This document shows positions 46,295-54,766 of a DNA stretch of 64,000 nt, piece after piece. Each line of letters opens with the position of its first letter. Positions within the stretch are counted from its first letter, which is position 1. Source of the stretch: Chitinophagales bacterium (lineage in GTDB: Bacteria; Bacteroidota; Bacteroidia; Chitinophagales; Saprospiraceae); NCBI GenBank assembly GCA_038203695.1, contig JBBRDQ010000001.1, forward strand, positions 14,825-78,824, given 5' to 3'. The notes below the pieces were generated by a model. It ran no database searches and was not told where the DNA came from. It was given only the letters and a program-made list of their open reading frames with translations. Both the position numbers and the translations under genes were made by a program.

Positions 46295-46777
46295 ATGAAA
46301 TTTGTTTCTTCTGAAACGATTGACAGCGTTATCGAGACCCTGGAAAATTTGGGTGATGACCAATATGAAAAACAAATGGAAGTCTTTGCCGAGGCCCAGC
46401 CCGTCATTTTTGCCTGGTTGTTCAGCGAGCAATTCGAGTTATTGACCGAAGATGAAAAAGGCTTTTTACAATACCTGGCATTGATCGCCTGGCAGTCGTA
46501 CACCAAAGTAAATGGTCCGGTCGACACGATATCGGAAGATGAAATCGGCGAAGCCGAAGAAGTGAACTTTGGCGTTCTGGAAGCCAGCACCGCCAAGAAA
46601 TTCCGCGATCGTCTCAACCCGTTCTTCGAAAAATATCCACAGGAAGACCTGCTCGCCTTTGCCGAAGAAGCCGTTTTGGAAGAAGAAGATGAAGTCGAAG
46701 CGCTGGTCACTAAAGAAGGCCGGGAGACGATTTTCATCGCCTTGAAAACGATGATCGACGTGTTGCTCCCGGATTAA
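46295..46777 (+). CDS. Strongly acidic hypothetical protein
   Basis: It is 160 aa and rich in Asp/Glu (EEEDEVE tract). The stop is 3 nt before the helicase ATG. Confidence 0.4.
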   Translation: MKFVSSETIDSVIETLENLGDDQYEKQMEVFAEAQPVIFAWLFSEQFELLTEDEKGFLQYLALIAWQSYTKVNGPVDTISEDEIGEAEEVNFGVLEASTAKKFRDRLNPFFEKYPQEDLLAFAEEAVLEEEDEVEALVTKEGRETIFIALKTMIDVLLPD

Positions 46778-46780
46778 TCT

Positions 46781-48796
46781 ATGCAATCTCATTTTACCCG
46801 CTTGCTCGAACTGCTTCGACAGGAACGCGAAGAGGATTTACAGCAGTATTTGCGCACAATTCGCGAGCGGCCCCTGCACGAGCGGGTGGAGCAGGGCCAT
46901 ACGTGGTACCCGCTTCAGGTGATCCAGACCGGTTTTTCGCTCGGGGAAAAAGCCTTCGTAGTGGTCGAGCGTACCACGCGCCTGCACCAGCCGCACCAGC
47001 TCCGCGCCGGCCAGTCGGTCAATTTGTTCACCGCCGTTCCGCACGTCGACCACCCGGAAAAAAGCGGCGTAATCAACTATGTGGAACGCAATCGCATGAA
47101 AATCATCCTCAATGCGCGTGATGTGCCGGACTGGCTTTCGCTCGGCCAATTGGGCGTGGACCAACTTTTTGACGACCGCTCTTACCAGGAGATGGAAAAG
47201 GCGCTCAATAAAGTCGAAGCCGCCAAGGGTACGCGTTTGGCGGAACTGCGCGATATTATGGTGGGTAAAAGATTGCCGATTCCGGTGCCGCCTGCCGGCA
47301 AAACCGACACATCTGCCGTGCCGGAAGCGACCGTCGGCCTCAATGATTCGCAGGCCGCCGCCGTACACGCCATTGTCAATAACCACGATGTAACGGTTAT
47401 TCACGGCCCGCCAGGTACCGGAAAAACGACGACCCTGGTGGCCGCTATCCGGCAATTATGCGCGACGGAAAGTACCGTACTAGTCACCGCTCCGAGTAAT
47501 ACTGCGGCCGATCTGCTCACCGAACGCCTCGCCAATGCCGGCATCAATGTCGTGCGCATCGGCAATGTCAGCCGGGTGGATGAACATATTCTGCCGCATA
47601 CGTTAGATGCGATCCTGGGCCGGCATCCCGAAAGCAAAAATATCAAAAAAGTCAAGATTCAGGCCGCCGAATACCGCCAGCAATCGCGTCGCTACAAGCG
47701 CAGTTTCAGCGGGGAAGACCGCCGCGAGCGCGAACACCTGAAACAACAGGCCAAGGAACTGGAATCCTGGGCCAATGCGCTGGAAGCCCGACTGCTCGAC
47801 CAGATCCTGAGTACTGCGCAGGCAATTACCTGCACGCTCGTCGGTGCGGCGCATCCGGTGCTGGAACCGTATAAATTTCGCACCTGTATTATGGACGAAG
47901 CCGCACAGGCACTCGAGCCGGCTGCCTGGATTCCCTTGCTCAAATGCAGCCGGGTCGTGCTGGCCGGTGATCCGTTTCAGTTGCCGCCGACGGTGAAAAG
48001 CCAGGAAGCAGCGCGTGGCGGCTTGTCTAAAACCTTGATTGAGCGCTGTTTAGAAATCATTCCGGAACAGGTGCATTTGCTGACGGTACAATACCGTATG
48101 CACCAGGCCATCATGAATTTTTCCAATCAATATTTTTACGATGGCGCCCTGCAAGCCCACGATACCGTGCGCGACCGCCGATTGTTGTCGCTGGCAATCG
48201 GCGGTGAAATGTTGACCGTTTTCGATCCGGTAGTTTTCGTCGATACGGCCGGGACTGGTTTTGAAGAAAAAATAAACCGCTCGACGGGTAAGGATTCGGC
48301 GCGTTTTCAAAGCAAATACAATCCGGAAGAAGGCTTGCTGGTCCGCGAGCATTTGTTGAAACTGTTGCTGGAATTTCCAGGCGAACACCCGCCTAGCATC
48401 GGCATTCTTTCGCCGTATCGTGAGCAGGTAAATTACCTGGAGGAAATGGTGCGCGAAGACGCAATCCTGGCCCCTTTGCTGCAACGCAAAAATGCGTTTG
48501 CCAACGCCGAGATGACCGCCATGCCGCAAGCGCCCATTACGATTAGTACCATCGACGGATTCCAGGGCCAGGAACGCGATATTATCTACATCAGCCTGGT
48601 GCGTTCCAACGCCAAACACGAGATTGGTTTTCTGTCCGATTACCGCCGTATGAATGTGGCGATGACCCGCGCCCGAATGTTGCTCGTCGTGATCGGCGAT
48701 TCCGCTACCATCGGCAATAACGTATTTTACAAAACCTTTCTGGATTACTGCGATCAGCACGGCTCGTACCAGACGGCCTGGGAGTACATGCAATAA
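46781..48796 (+). CDS. Superfamily 1 helicase, Upf1/DNA2/IGHMBP2-like
   Basis: Motif I is GPPGTGKTTT and motif II is MDEAAQ. It also carries GDPFQLPP, YRMH, DGFQGQERD and RRMNVAMTRAR. Confidence 0.8.
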   Translation: MQSHFTRLLELLRQEREEDLQQYLRTIRERPLHERVEQGHTWYPLQVIQTGFSLGEKAFVVVERTTRLHQPHQLRAGQSVNLFTAVPHVDHPEKSGVINYVERNRMKIILNARDVPDWLSLGQLGVDQLFDDRSYQEMEKALNKVEAAKGTRLAELRDIMVGKRLPIPVPPAGKTDTSAVPEATVGLNDSQAAAVHAIVNNHDVTVIHGPPGTGKTTTLVAAIRQLCATESTVLVTAPSNTAADLLTERLANAGINVVRIGNVSRVDEHILPHTLDAILGRHPESKNIKKVKIQAAEYRQQSRRYKRSFSGEDRREREHLKQQAKELESWANALEARLLDQILSTAQAITCTLVGAAHPVLEPYKFRTCIMDEAAQALEPAAWIPLLKCSRVVLAGDPFQLPPTVKSQEAARGGLSKTLIERCLEIIPEQVHLLTVQYRMHQAIMNFSNQYFYDGALQAHDTVRDRRLLSLAIGGEMLTVFDPVVFVDTAGTGFEEKINRSTGKDSARFQSKYNPEEGLLVREHLLKLLLEFPGEHPPSIGILSPYREQVNYLEEMVREDAILAPLLQRKNAFANAEMTAMPQAPITISTIDGFQGQERDIIYISLVRSNAKHEIGFLSDYRRMNVAMTRARMLLVVIGDSATIGNNVFYKTFLDYCDQHGSYQTAWEYMQ

Positions 48797-48811
48797 AACG
48801 GCCCTGGAAAT

Positions 48812-49285
48812 TTACCCAATAAGCGCCCGCGTGCTGTAATAACGGTCCGCCAGCCACACTACTGGAATGCTCACACACAACGTTAGGATCAGCATACTGC
48901 GTAGTGCCGGTCCCCACGTAAACACCCCCGGCGGCGTCAGCGTCAGCGGCAATACCAGGTAATTCATCGTTGCCCAGATAAACAGGCCGTAAAAAATGCC
49001 ATTCACCCATTTATTTTTTCGTAAAATGGGCAAATATGGATAAACGACAAAGTAACCGGCCGCAAAACCCAGCGCAATCAAAAAATGGAAAAGCACGCCC
49101 CAGGCCACCATATCGGCACCACCCGTAAAGGCGTCGTCGCCGAAAACGCCGCTGGCAATGTACCGGAACGTACCTACCGCATTGCCTTTCGACAAAATGA
49201 CAATGGCTGCAAAAATATCGAGTATGCCCGCCGATAACCCGGCAAATAGCACGTATTCAAACCAACTTTTCTTTTTCATGGGCAT
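48812..49285 (-). CDS. Polytopic membrane protein, start uncertain (49285 or 49360)
   Basis: It has about four hydrophobic helices. I cannot assign a family. Confidence 0.4.
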   Translation of the reverse strand: MPMKKKSWFEYVLFAGLSAGILDIFAAIVILSKGNAVGTFRYIASGVFGDDAFTGGADMVAWGVLFHFLIALGFAAGYFVVYPYLPILRKNKWVNGIFYGLFIWATMNYLVLPLTLTPPGVFTWGPALRSMLILTLCVSIPVVWLADRYYSTRALIG

Positions 49286-49367
49286 AACAGGCGTTTTACC
49301 GCCGAAAGATAAAAAATATCTCCAGCATCCACCCGTCACTTTTCCCTCTTCACGCTTCACGTTTTTT

Positions 49368-49925
49368 CTACTCCCCCCAGCGGTAACTCTCCAGCGTAAA
49401 TCCCGCCAAATCGAGCACGCGGTCTACTACCGTCGCGGCAATTTCCTCCGGCGTTTCCGGGCGCGAGTAAAAAGACGGGCAGGCCGGACAAATGATGCCA
49501 CCGGCTTCAGTGACGGTTTTCATATTGTTGATATGAATCAGGCTGAGCGGCGTATCGCGCGTGATGAGGATAAGTTTTCGCCGCTCCTTTAAGACCACGT
49601 CGGCGGCCCGGGTGACCAAGTCGTTGCTGATACCGGTTGCCACCCGCGACAGCGTGCCCATGGAACAGGGACAGACGATCATGGTGTCGTAACGCGCCGA
49701 ACCGGACGCAAAAGGCGCGTTAAAGTCATTCTTGGTATAAAAATCGAACGGGTAATGGCCAAAATCTACGGGGCCTATTTCCAGCTCCCAGTTCACTTTA
49801 GCGTTGTCGGACAGCACGATGCCCACGGCTTGCCATTGGGTCGACAAAGTGGCCAGTTTGTCCAGCAGCACCTTTGCATAAATAGAGCCGGATGAGCCCG
49901 TAATAGCGACGACGATTTTGCGCAT
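49368..49925 (-). CDS. ubiX: UbiX-family flavin prenyltransferase
   Basis: MRKIVVAITGSSGSIYA ... MIVCPCSMGTL ... is the typical UbiX/Pad1 layout, at 185 aa. Confidence 0.85.
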   Translation of the reverse strand: MRKIVVAITGSSGSIYAKVLLDKLATLSTQWQAVGIVLSDNAKVNWELEIGPVDFGHYPFDFYTKNDFNAPFASGSARYDTMIVCPCSMGTLSRVATGISNDLVTRAADVVLKERRKLILITRDTPLSLIHINNMKTVTEAGGIICPACPSFYSRPETPEEIAATVVDRVLDLAGFTLESYRWGE

Positions 49926-50035
49926 AATCAGTTATTTTTAGTGGGCAAAACATTGGCATCCCGAAAGAGTTGCGTGGGCGCTTGGGCGCTACCACGGTTA
50001 AAATAAAACCTGCATTGCGTTTGTGACGTTATACT

Positions 50036-50043
50036 TACCTTTG
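50036..50043 (+). promoter_or_regulatory. -7 box TAccTTTG upstream of 50083
   Basis: It matches the consensus 40 nt before the ATG. Confidence 0.4.
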
Positions 50044-50082
50044 CCAACCGGCCTCTTGTAAAGGCTATATCTCGATCCATAC

Positions 50083-51018
50083 ATGACCATTCTCGAAAAT
50101 CAGGACATACGCGCCCTTGGCAGCAACCTTGAATTACTTGCCCAGCAGGTGGTGGAAGGTTTTATCGTGGGATTGCACCGCAGCCCTTTTCACGGCTTTT
50201 CGGTTGAATTTGCCGAGCACCGCCTTTATAATCCCGGTGACAGTACCCGCAACCTGGACTGGAAGGTGTACGGCCGCACCGATAAATTGTTTGTCAAAAG
50301 ATTTGAAGAAGAAACCAACCTGCGCTGCCAGATTGTGATCGACGCTTCTTCCACGATGTATTATCCGTATGAAGAAAAACAACCGGATAAGTACAAGTAT
50401 AAAAACAAGTTCTGCTTTGCCGCCCAGGCATCGGCCGCGCTGATGAATGCCTTGCGCAAACAACGCGATGCCTTTGGATTGACGTTGTTCGACGATGCAA
50501 TCCGCGTCAATACCGGCTGCAAATCCAGCACGGTACATTATCGTTTGTTGCTGTCTTATCTGATTGAACGCATTGAAAATCAGCAATTAAACAAACAAAC
50601 TGACCTGGCCGCCAGCCTGCACCAGGTAGCGGAATCCATTCACCGGCGCTCCCTGGTGGTCATCTTTACCGACGTCATGGAGCAACCCGATAAAGCCGAA
50701 GCGGTATTTGCCGCCCTGCAACACCTGCGCCACGCCAAACACGAGGTGATCCTGTTCCACGTTACTGACAAGGCCCACGAACTGGATTTTGAGTTTGAAA
50801 ACCGGCCCTATATTTTCGTCGACATGGAAAATGGCGAGCAGGTGCGCCTACAACCCAATCAGGTCAAGGAATACTACACCAAACAAGTCACCGCATTTAC
50901 CGATCAACTGAAGATGCGCTGCCTGCAATACAAAATCGACTTTGTCGAGGCCGATATCAACCGCGGTTTTGCACCAATCCTGCAAACCTGGATGGCCAAG
51001 CGGTCGAAGATGGGATAA
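50083..51018 (+). CDS. DUF58 domain protein (vWA-like)
   Basis: HRLYNPGDSTRNLDWKVYGRTDKLFVKRFEEE is the DUF58 signature. A vWA-like region lies downstream. Confidence 0.65.
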   Translation: MTILENQDIRALGSNLELLAQQVVEGFIVGLHRSPFHGFSVEFAEHRLYNPGDSTRNLDWKVYGRTDKLFVKRFEEETNLRCQIVIDASSTMYYPYEEKQPDKYKYKNKFCFAAQASAALMNALRKQRDAFGLTLFDDAIRVNTGCKSSTVHYRLLLSYLIERIENQQLNKQTDLAASLHQVAESIHRRSLVVIFTDVMEQPDKAEAVFAALQHLRHAKHEVILFHVTDKAHELDFEFENRPYIFVDMENGEQVRLQPNQVKEYYTKQVTAFTDQLKMRCLQYKIDFVEADINRGFAPILQTWMAKRSKMG

Positions 51019-51022
51019 TTTT

Positions 51023-51187
51023 TTAATGATTAACGGTTAATGGTTAACGGTTAACGGTTAATGGTTAAATTCCAGCGTTGACTTTAAATCACCCCGTCAC
51101 TAAGCAATTGATTGTCAACCACTTCCTAATCCCAACCCAATATTCGTATTAACCATTAACCGTTATACATTAATCATTAATCATTAA
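51023..51187. repeat. Composite element: TTAAYGR heptamer arm / ~70-bp core repeat / CATTAAY heptamer arm
   Basis: The left arm is 51023-51068 (about 6.5 units) and the right arm is 51148-51187 (about 5.5 units). The loop position is occupied by repeat copy C. Confidence 0.65.
51077..51147 (+). mobile_element. Copy C of the GTGACTTTAAGTCACCCC-type repeat; MITE-like insertion in a heptamer palindrome (tentative)
   Basis: It is about 90% identical to the reverse complement of 11361-11442 and is related to 12284-12344. It has no coding capacity. Confidence 0.35.
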
Positions 51188-51192
51188 AATAA

Positions 51193-51948
51193 GTGGCAAC
51201 GAAAAATACCATCAAACTTGCTGATTATTCTACCGCAGCCCCGGAAGGGCTGGAGAAAAAGAAATTTGAAAAACAAACGGCAAAACTGGTCGTGCGCCTG
51301 GGCGAATTGCAACGCACCATGTATGCCGAAGGTAAATATTCCGTCTTGGTAGTGCTGCAAGGCATGGATGGAAGCGGAAAAGACGGCGCGGTACGCAATG
51401 TTTTTGCACAATGCACGGTCGCTTCCCTTGATCTGGTGTCCTTCAAAAAACCGACCGAAGAAGAATTTGCCCACGATTTTCTGTGGCGCGTCCATAAATA
51501 TGTGCCGCAAAAAGGCGGGCTCACCATTTTCAACCGCAGTCATTACGAAGACATTCTGATCCAGCGCGTACATGGCTGGATCGACGAAACACGGGTGGAA
51601 AAACGCATGGCCGCCATCAATGCGTTTGAAGACCTGCTGCAATTCGATAACAATACGCTGGTTTTTAAATTCTATATGCACATTTCGCAGGAAGAGCAAG
51701 GTATTCAACTCCAGCAGCGTATCGACGACCCGACTAAATTCTGGAAACACAACGACGGCGACTGGGAAGAGCGCAAACTGTGGGATAAATACATGACCGC
51801 CTACGAATACGCGATCAATAACAGCACTACCCCCTGGTATATTTGTCCGGTCGATAACCGCTGGTACCGCGACTATTTTATTACTAAAACGCTGGTAGAA
51901 GCGCTCGAAAAACTGGAGATGCAACTGCCGGGCAAGGCGGCAAAATGA
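51193..51948 (+). CDS. ppk2: Polyphosphate kinase 2 family (polyphosphate:nucleotide phosphotransferase)
   Basis: It carries the Walker A VLQGMDGSGKDG and the PPK2 lid region. A GTG start is proposed at 51193. Confidence 0.8.
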   Translation: MATKNTIKLADYSTAAPEGLEKKKFEKQTAKLVVRLGELQRTMYAEGKYSVLVVLQGMDGSGKDGAVRNVFAQCTVASLDLVSFKKPTEEEFAHDFLWRVHKYVPQKGGLTIFNRSHYEDILIQRVHGWIDETRVEKRMAAINAFEDLLQFDNNTLVFKFYMHISQEEQGIQLQQRIDDPTKFWKHNDGDWEERKLWDKYMTAYEYAINNSTTPWYICPVDNRWYRDYFITKTLVEALEKLEMQLPGKAAK

Positions 51949-51969
51949 TTATATTTACCCTAACCGAGC

Positions 51970-53478
51970 ATGGAAATTAGTGCCCACTCCGTCGTTTTTG
52001 GGATCGGTTTAGGGCTTGTCTTGTGCTGTTTTTTACGGGAAATAAAGATCAGTCGTATTGTCCATCGCTACGGATTGATCGCCGGGGCATTTTTACTCCG
52101 GTTATCCACTTGCCTGGACCCTTTTTTGCACGAATGGGACGAGCGCTACCACGCCCTGGTGGCCAAAAACCTGCAATTTTCGTGGTTGAAACCAGTTTTA
52201 TACCCTAAAACACCCTTGCCCTACGATTATACCGACTGGCAATTGAATGCGGTCTGGTTGCACAAACAGCCAGTTGCTTTGTGGTTGATCTCCGGCACGA
52301 TCCGGTTATTCGGCTGCAATGAATTTGCGGTTCGTATCCCCTCCTTGGTCCTTTCCACGCTTGCCGTGTACCTTACCTATCAGATTGGCACCTGGCTGTT
52401 CTCCCCTAAAGTGGGCTTCTGGGCGGCATTTTTTCATGCGATCAACGGACTGCTAATCGAAATGACTGGCGGACGATCGGCGACCGATCACGTGGATGTT
52501 ATTTTCTTTTGCCTGATTGAATTGGGGATTTTTTTGAGTGTCCTCAGTGGGCGTTCTGCCGACTTGTCTGATCGGAAAAAAACGCTGTTGCGCCTGCTGG
52601 TTGGCGCTGTTACCGGGTTAGCCATTTTGTGTAAATGGCTGCCGGCGCTTATTATTTTGCTGTTATATGGACTGTTGCATTATAAACAAAGGCGGTTTGT
52701 GCCGCATTTCGCCCTTGTTTTAACCGCTACCCTGGTAATCGCACTTCCCTGGCAGATCTATGCAGCCGTACAGTATCCCCATGAATACTGGTACGAATTG
52801 GCTTTCAACAGCCGGCATTTTTTTGAAATACTGGAAGGGCACGATCATTCGCTCTGGTTCTTTTTTAACCAGGCGCGCATCAACTGGAACGATCTGGTGT
52901 ATGTACCGATCGTATGGTTGCTATATTACCTGGTAAAAAACGAGCGCAAATCGGGCAATTTTATCCTGCTGGCCACCTGGATATTTGTGCCGTATCTGGT
53001 GTTTACCATTGCCCGTACCAAACTGCAGGCCTACGTCTTATTCACCGGACCGGCCATTTTCATTGTATCGAGTTATTTCTTCGTTTCGGTCGTAGATACG
53101 TGGCAAAGACCGCTTCGAATTATCTTGACCACACTTTTCATATTGTTTGCCGTGCGGTATGCGGTGGAGCGCGTCAAACCACTGGATACTTTCGAGCAGG
53201 AAAAACGCTCCAGCGCCTTTATAAAGGGCTTGGACGAATTTGCCAAAACCAACTGCAACCACAAAAAGACAGTCATTTTTAATGCGCCGCAATACATTGA
53301 GATCATGTTTTATACCAATCATCTCGCTTATAAAATGAACCCGTCTATTGCGGAAGCCCAGACAGTGACCGATCAAAATTATGCGATTGTCGTGCTGGGC
53401 GATAATGTCCCCAAAACCATTCTGGACATGCCTAATGTGCATATTTACCGAGAGCCAAATCCAGAAAATGAGCGATAG
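51970..53478 (+). CDS. GT-C fold glycosyltransferase, ArnT/PMT-like (family 39/83-like)
   Basis: It is polytopic, with WDERYHALVAKNL in the first loop (a DE-type GT-C motif), at 502 aa. Confidence 0.6.
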   Translation: MEISAHSVVFGIGLGLVLCCFLREIKISRIVHRYGLIAGAFLLRLSTCLDPFLHEWDERYHALVAKNLQFSWLKPVLYPKTPLPYDYTDWQLNAVWLHKQPVALWLISGTIRLFGCNEFAVRIPSLVLSTLAVYLTYQIGTWLFSPKVGFWAAFFHAINGLLIEMTGGRSATDHVDVIFFCLIELGIFLSVLSGRSADLSDRKKTLLRLLVGAVTGLAILCKWLPALIILLLYGLLHYKQRRFVPHFALVLTATLVIALPWQIYAAVQYPHEYWYELAFNSRHFFEILEGHDHSLWFFFNQARINWNDLVYVPIVWLLYYLVKNERKSGNFILLATWIFVPYLVFTIARTKLQAYVLFTGPAIFIVSSYFFVSVVDTWQRPLRIILTTLFILFAVRYAVERVKPLDTFEQEKRSSAFIKGLDEFAKTNCNHKKTVIFNAPQYIEIMFYTNHLAYKMNPSIAEAQTVTDQNYAIVVLGDNVPKTILDMPNVHIYREPNPENER

Positions 53479-53493
53479 CTGGTGCTATATTGT

Positions 53494-53558
53494 AACAAAG
53501 AAGCCGTTAATTCACCGGGTGACTGCGAATCACCCGGTGAATTAGCGGCTTCTTTGTT
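53494..53558. terminator. 29-bp-stem hairpin between convergent genes
   Basis: aacaaagaagccgttaattcaccgggtga faces tcacccggtgaattagcggcttctttgtt across a ctgcgaa loop, with one mismatch. Confidence 0.6.
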
Positions 53559-53588
53559 GTTAAAAAATACAATTTATTTCGGAAATCC

Positions 53589-54416
53589 CTACAGCGCAAT
53601 CGGAAATACCTGCCCGTTAATGGTAGCAGTCGCCTGGTTGTCGCAGCTGCCGCTGCCGTAATCGATACCGATCAACAGACCGTTTATATCGAGTATACCA
53701 GTACCCTGACTGACCCAGTAACAGTTGTTGGCTTTGGTAAGGGGTGTCTGGATCGTCCAGTTGGCGAATTCACCGGTGGATAGAATAGCATTAATGTTGC
53801 CGGTAATCTGGTACACATCGTCGCTCCAATCCCACCAGGTCGGGTGTCCGGATACTTGGGTGAATGTCTCCGCAGCATCGTATGAAATACTTGCATTTGT
53901 CGCGTTGGTCACAGTCACGTTCTGCGCCACAATGGTAAATATGCCGGCATTAACGGTGCTCAAATTGCCAAAGGTAAATTTGCCTGCCAGTTTTACCCCG
54001 TCTTCTACATAGTTATCGTACTGGATCGACATTTCGGTATTGGATTCCCAGATTTTACCGATTGTCAGGATAAACTTGCCGGATTTGAATTTGCCATCGC
54101 CGTCGGTACAGCCGGTGCCGAAATCTACCGTGACTACTTTCGGGAACACGGCCGGATCCAAAGGTGTCACACTGAGTGTACCGCAGGTATCGGTGCGATC
54201 TTCCACCTGGCTACTCAGCAGACCATCCGCCTGGGTTGCGCCACGCTGGGCAATATTGAACGAAGAGGTGATCAATAATTGACTGCGCATGGCTTCGGCC
54301 GCTTTGTTGGCAGATGCCTGATCGGCCGACGTATCGGCGTCTTTTTTACACGCTATGATGGTTAGCGCAAAGGTTGCGATGGTCAGAAACAGAAAGAAAC
54401 TAATTTGCTTTTGCAT
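53589..54416 (-). CDS. Hypothetical lipoprotein
   Basis: The start was set at MQKQISFFLFLTIATFALTIIAC (lipobox). The ORF track extends it to 54509. Confidence 0.45.
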   Translation of the reverse strand: MQKQISFFLFLTIATFALTIIACKKDADTSADQASANKAAEAMRSQLLITSSFNIAQRGATQADGLLSSQVEDRTDTCGTLSVTPLDPAVFPKVVTVDFGTGCTDGDGKFKSGKFILTIGKIWESNTEMSIQYDNYVEDGVKLAGKFTFGNLSTVNAGIFTIVAQNVTVTNATNASISYDAAETFTQVSGHPTWWDWSDDVYQITGNINAILSTGEFANWTIQTPLTKANNCYWVSQGTGILDINGLLIGIDYGSGSCDNQATATINGQVFPIAL

Positions 54417-54766
54417 AATAGTTGATAATGATGGATGCGTTAAAAAGATGGAAGAAATACTGCTCCAATCCAACGGGTAATCGGTTTGCAGGCACTGGAA
54501 CGCCAACAAGACGATGCTTGCCTGGGAATGTTACGCGATTAATGTATCTTAACAAAGTTTTGATGCCGCTGCATAATCCTGTTTTTCTACGCCCGCCCGT
54601 TCAGGAGTACATTCGTCCGGTTCTAACCGATTATTTGCCCAATATTAGCAAACGCCCCCTTTTGTTTAACTTTAGCCGATTGAACTTAAACACTGTGCGT
54701 ACGGTGGCGTTAATGGAGTAAATCATAACCAATTTTTTTAATTTATTAAACACGCCTGTACACAAC

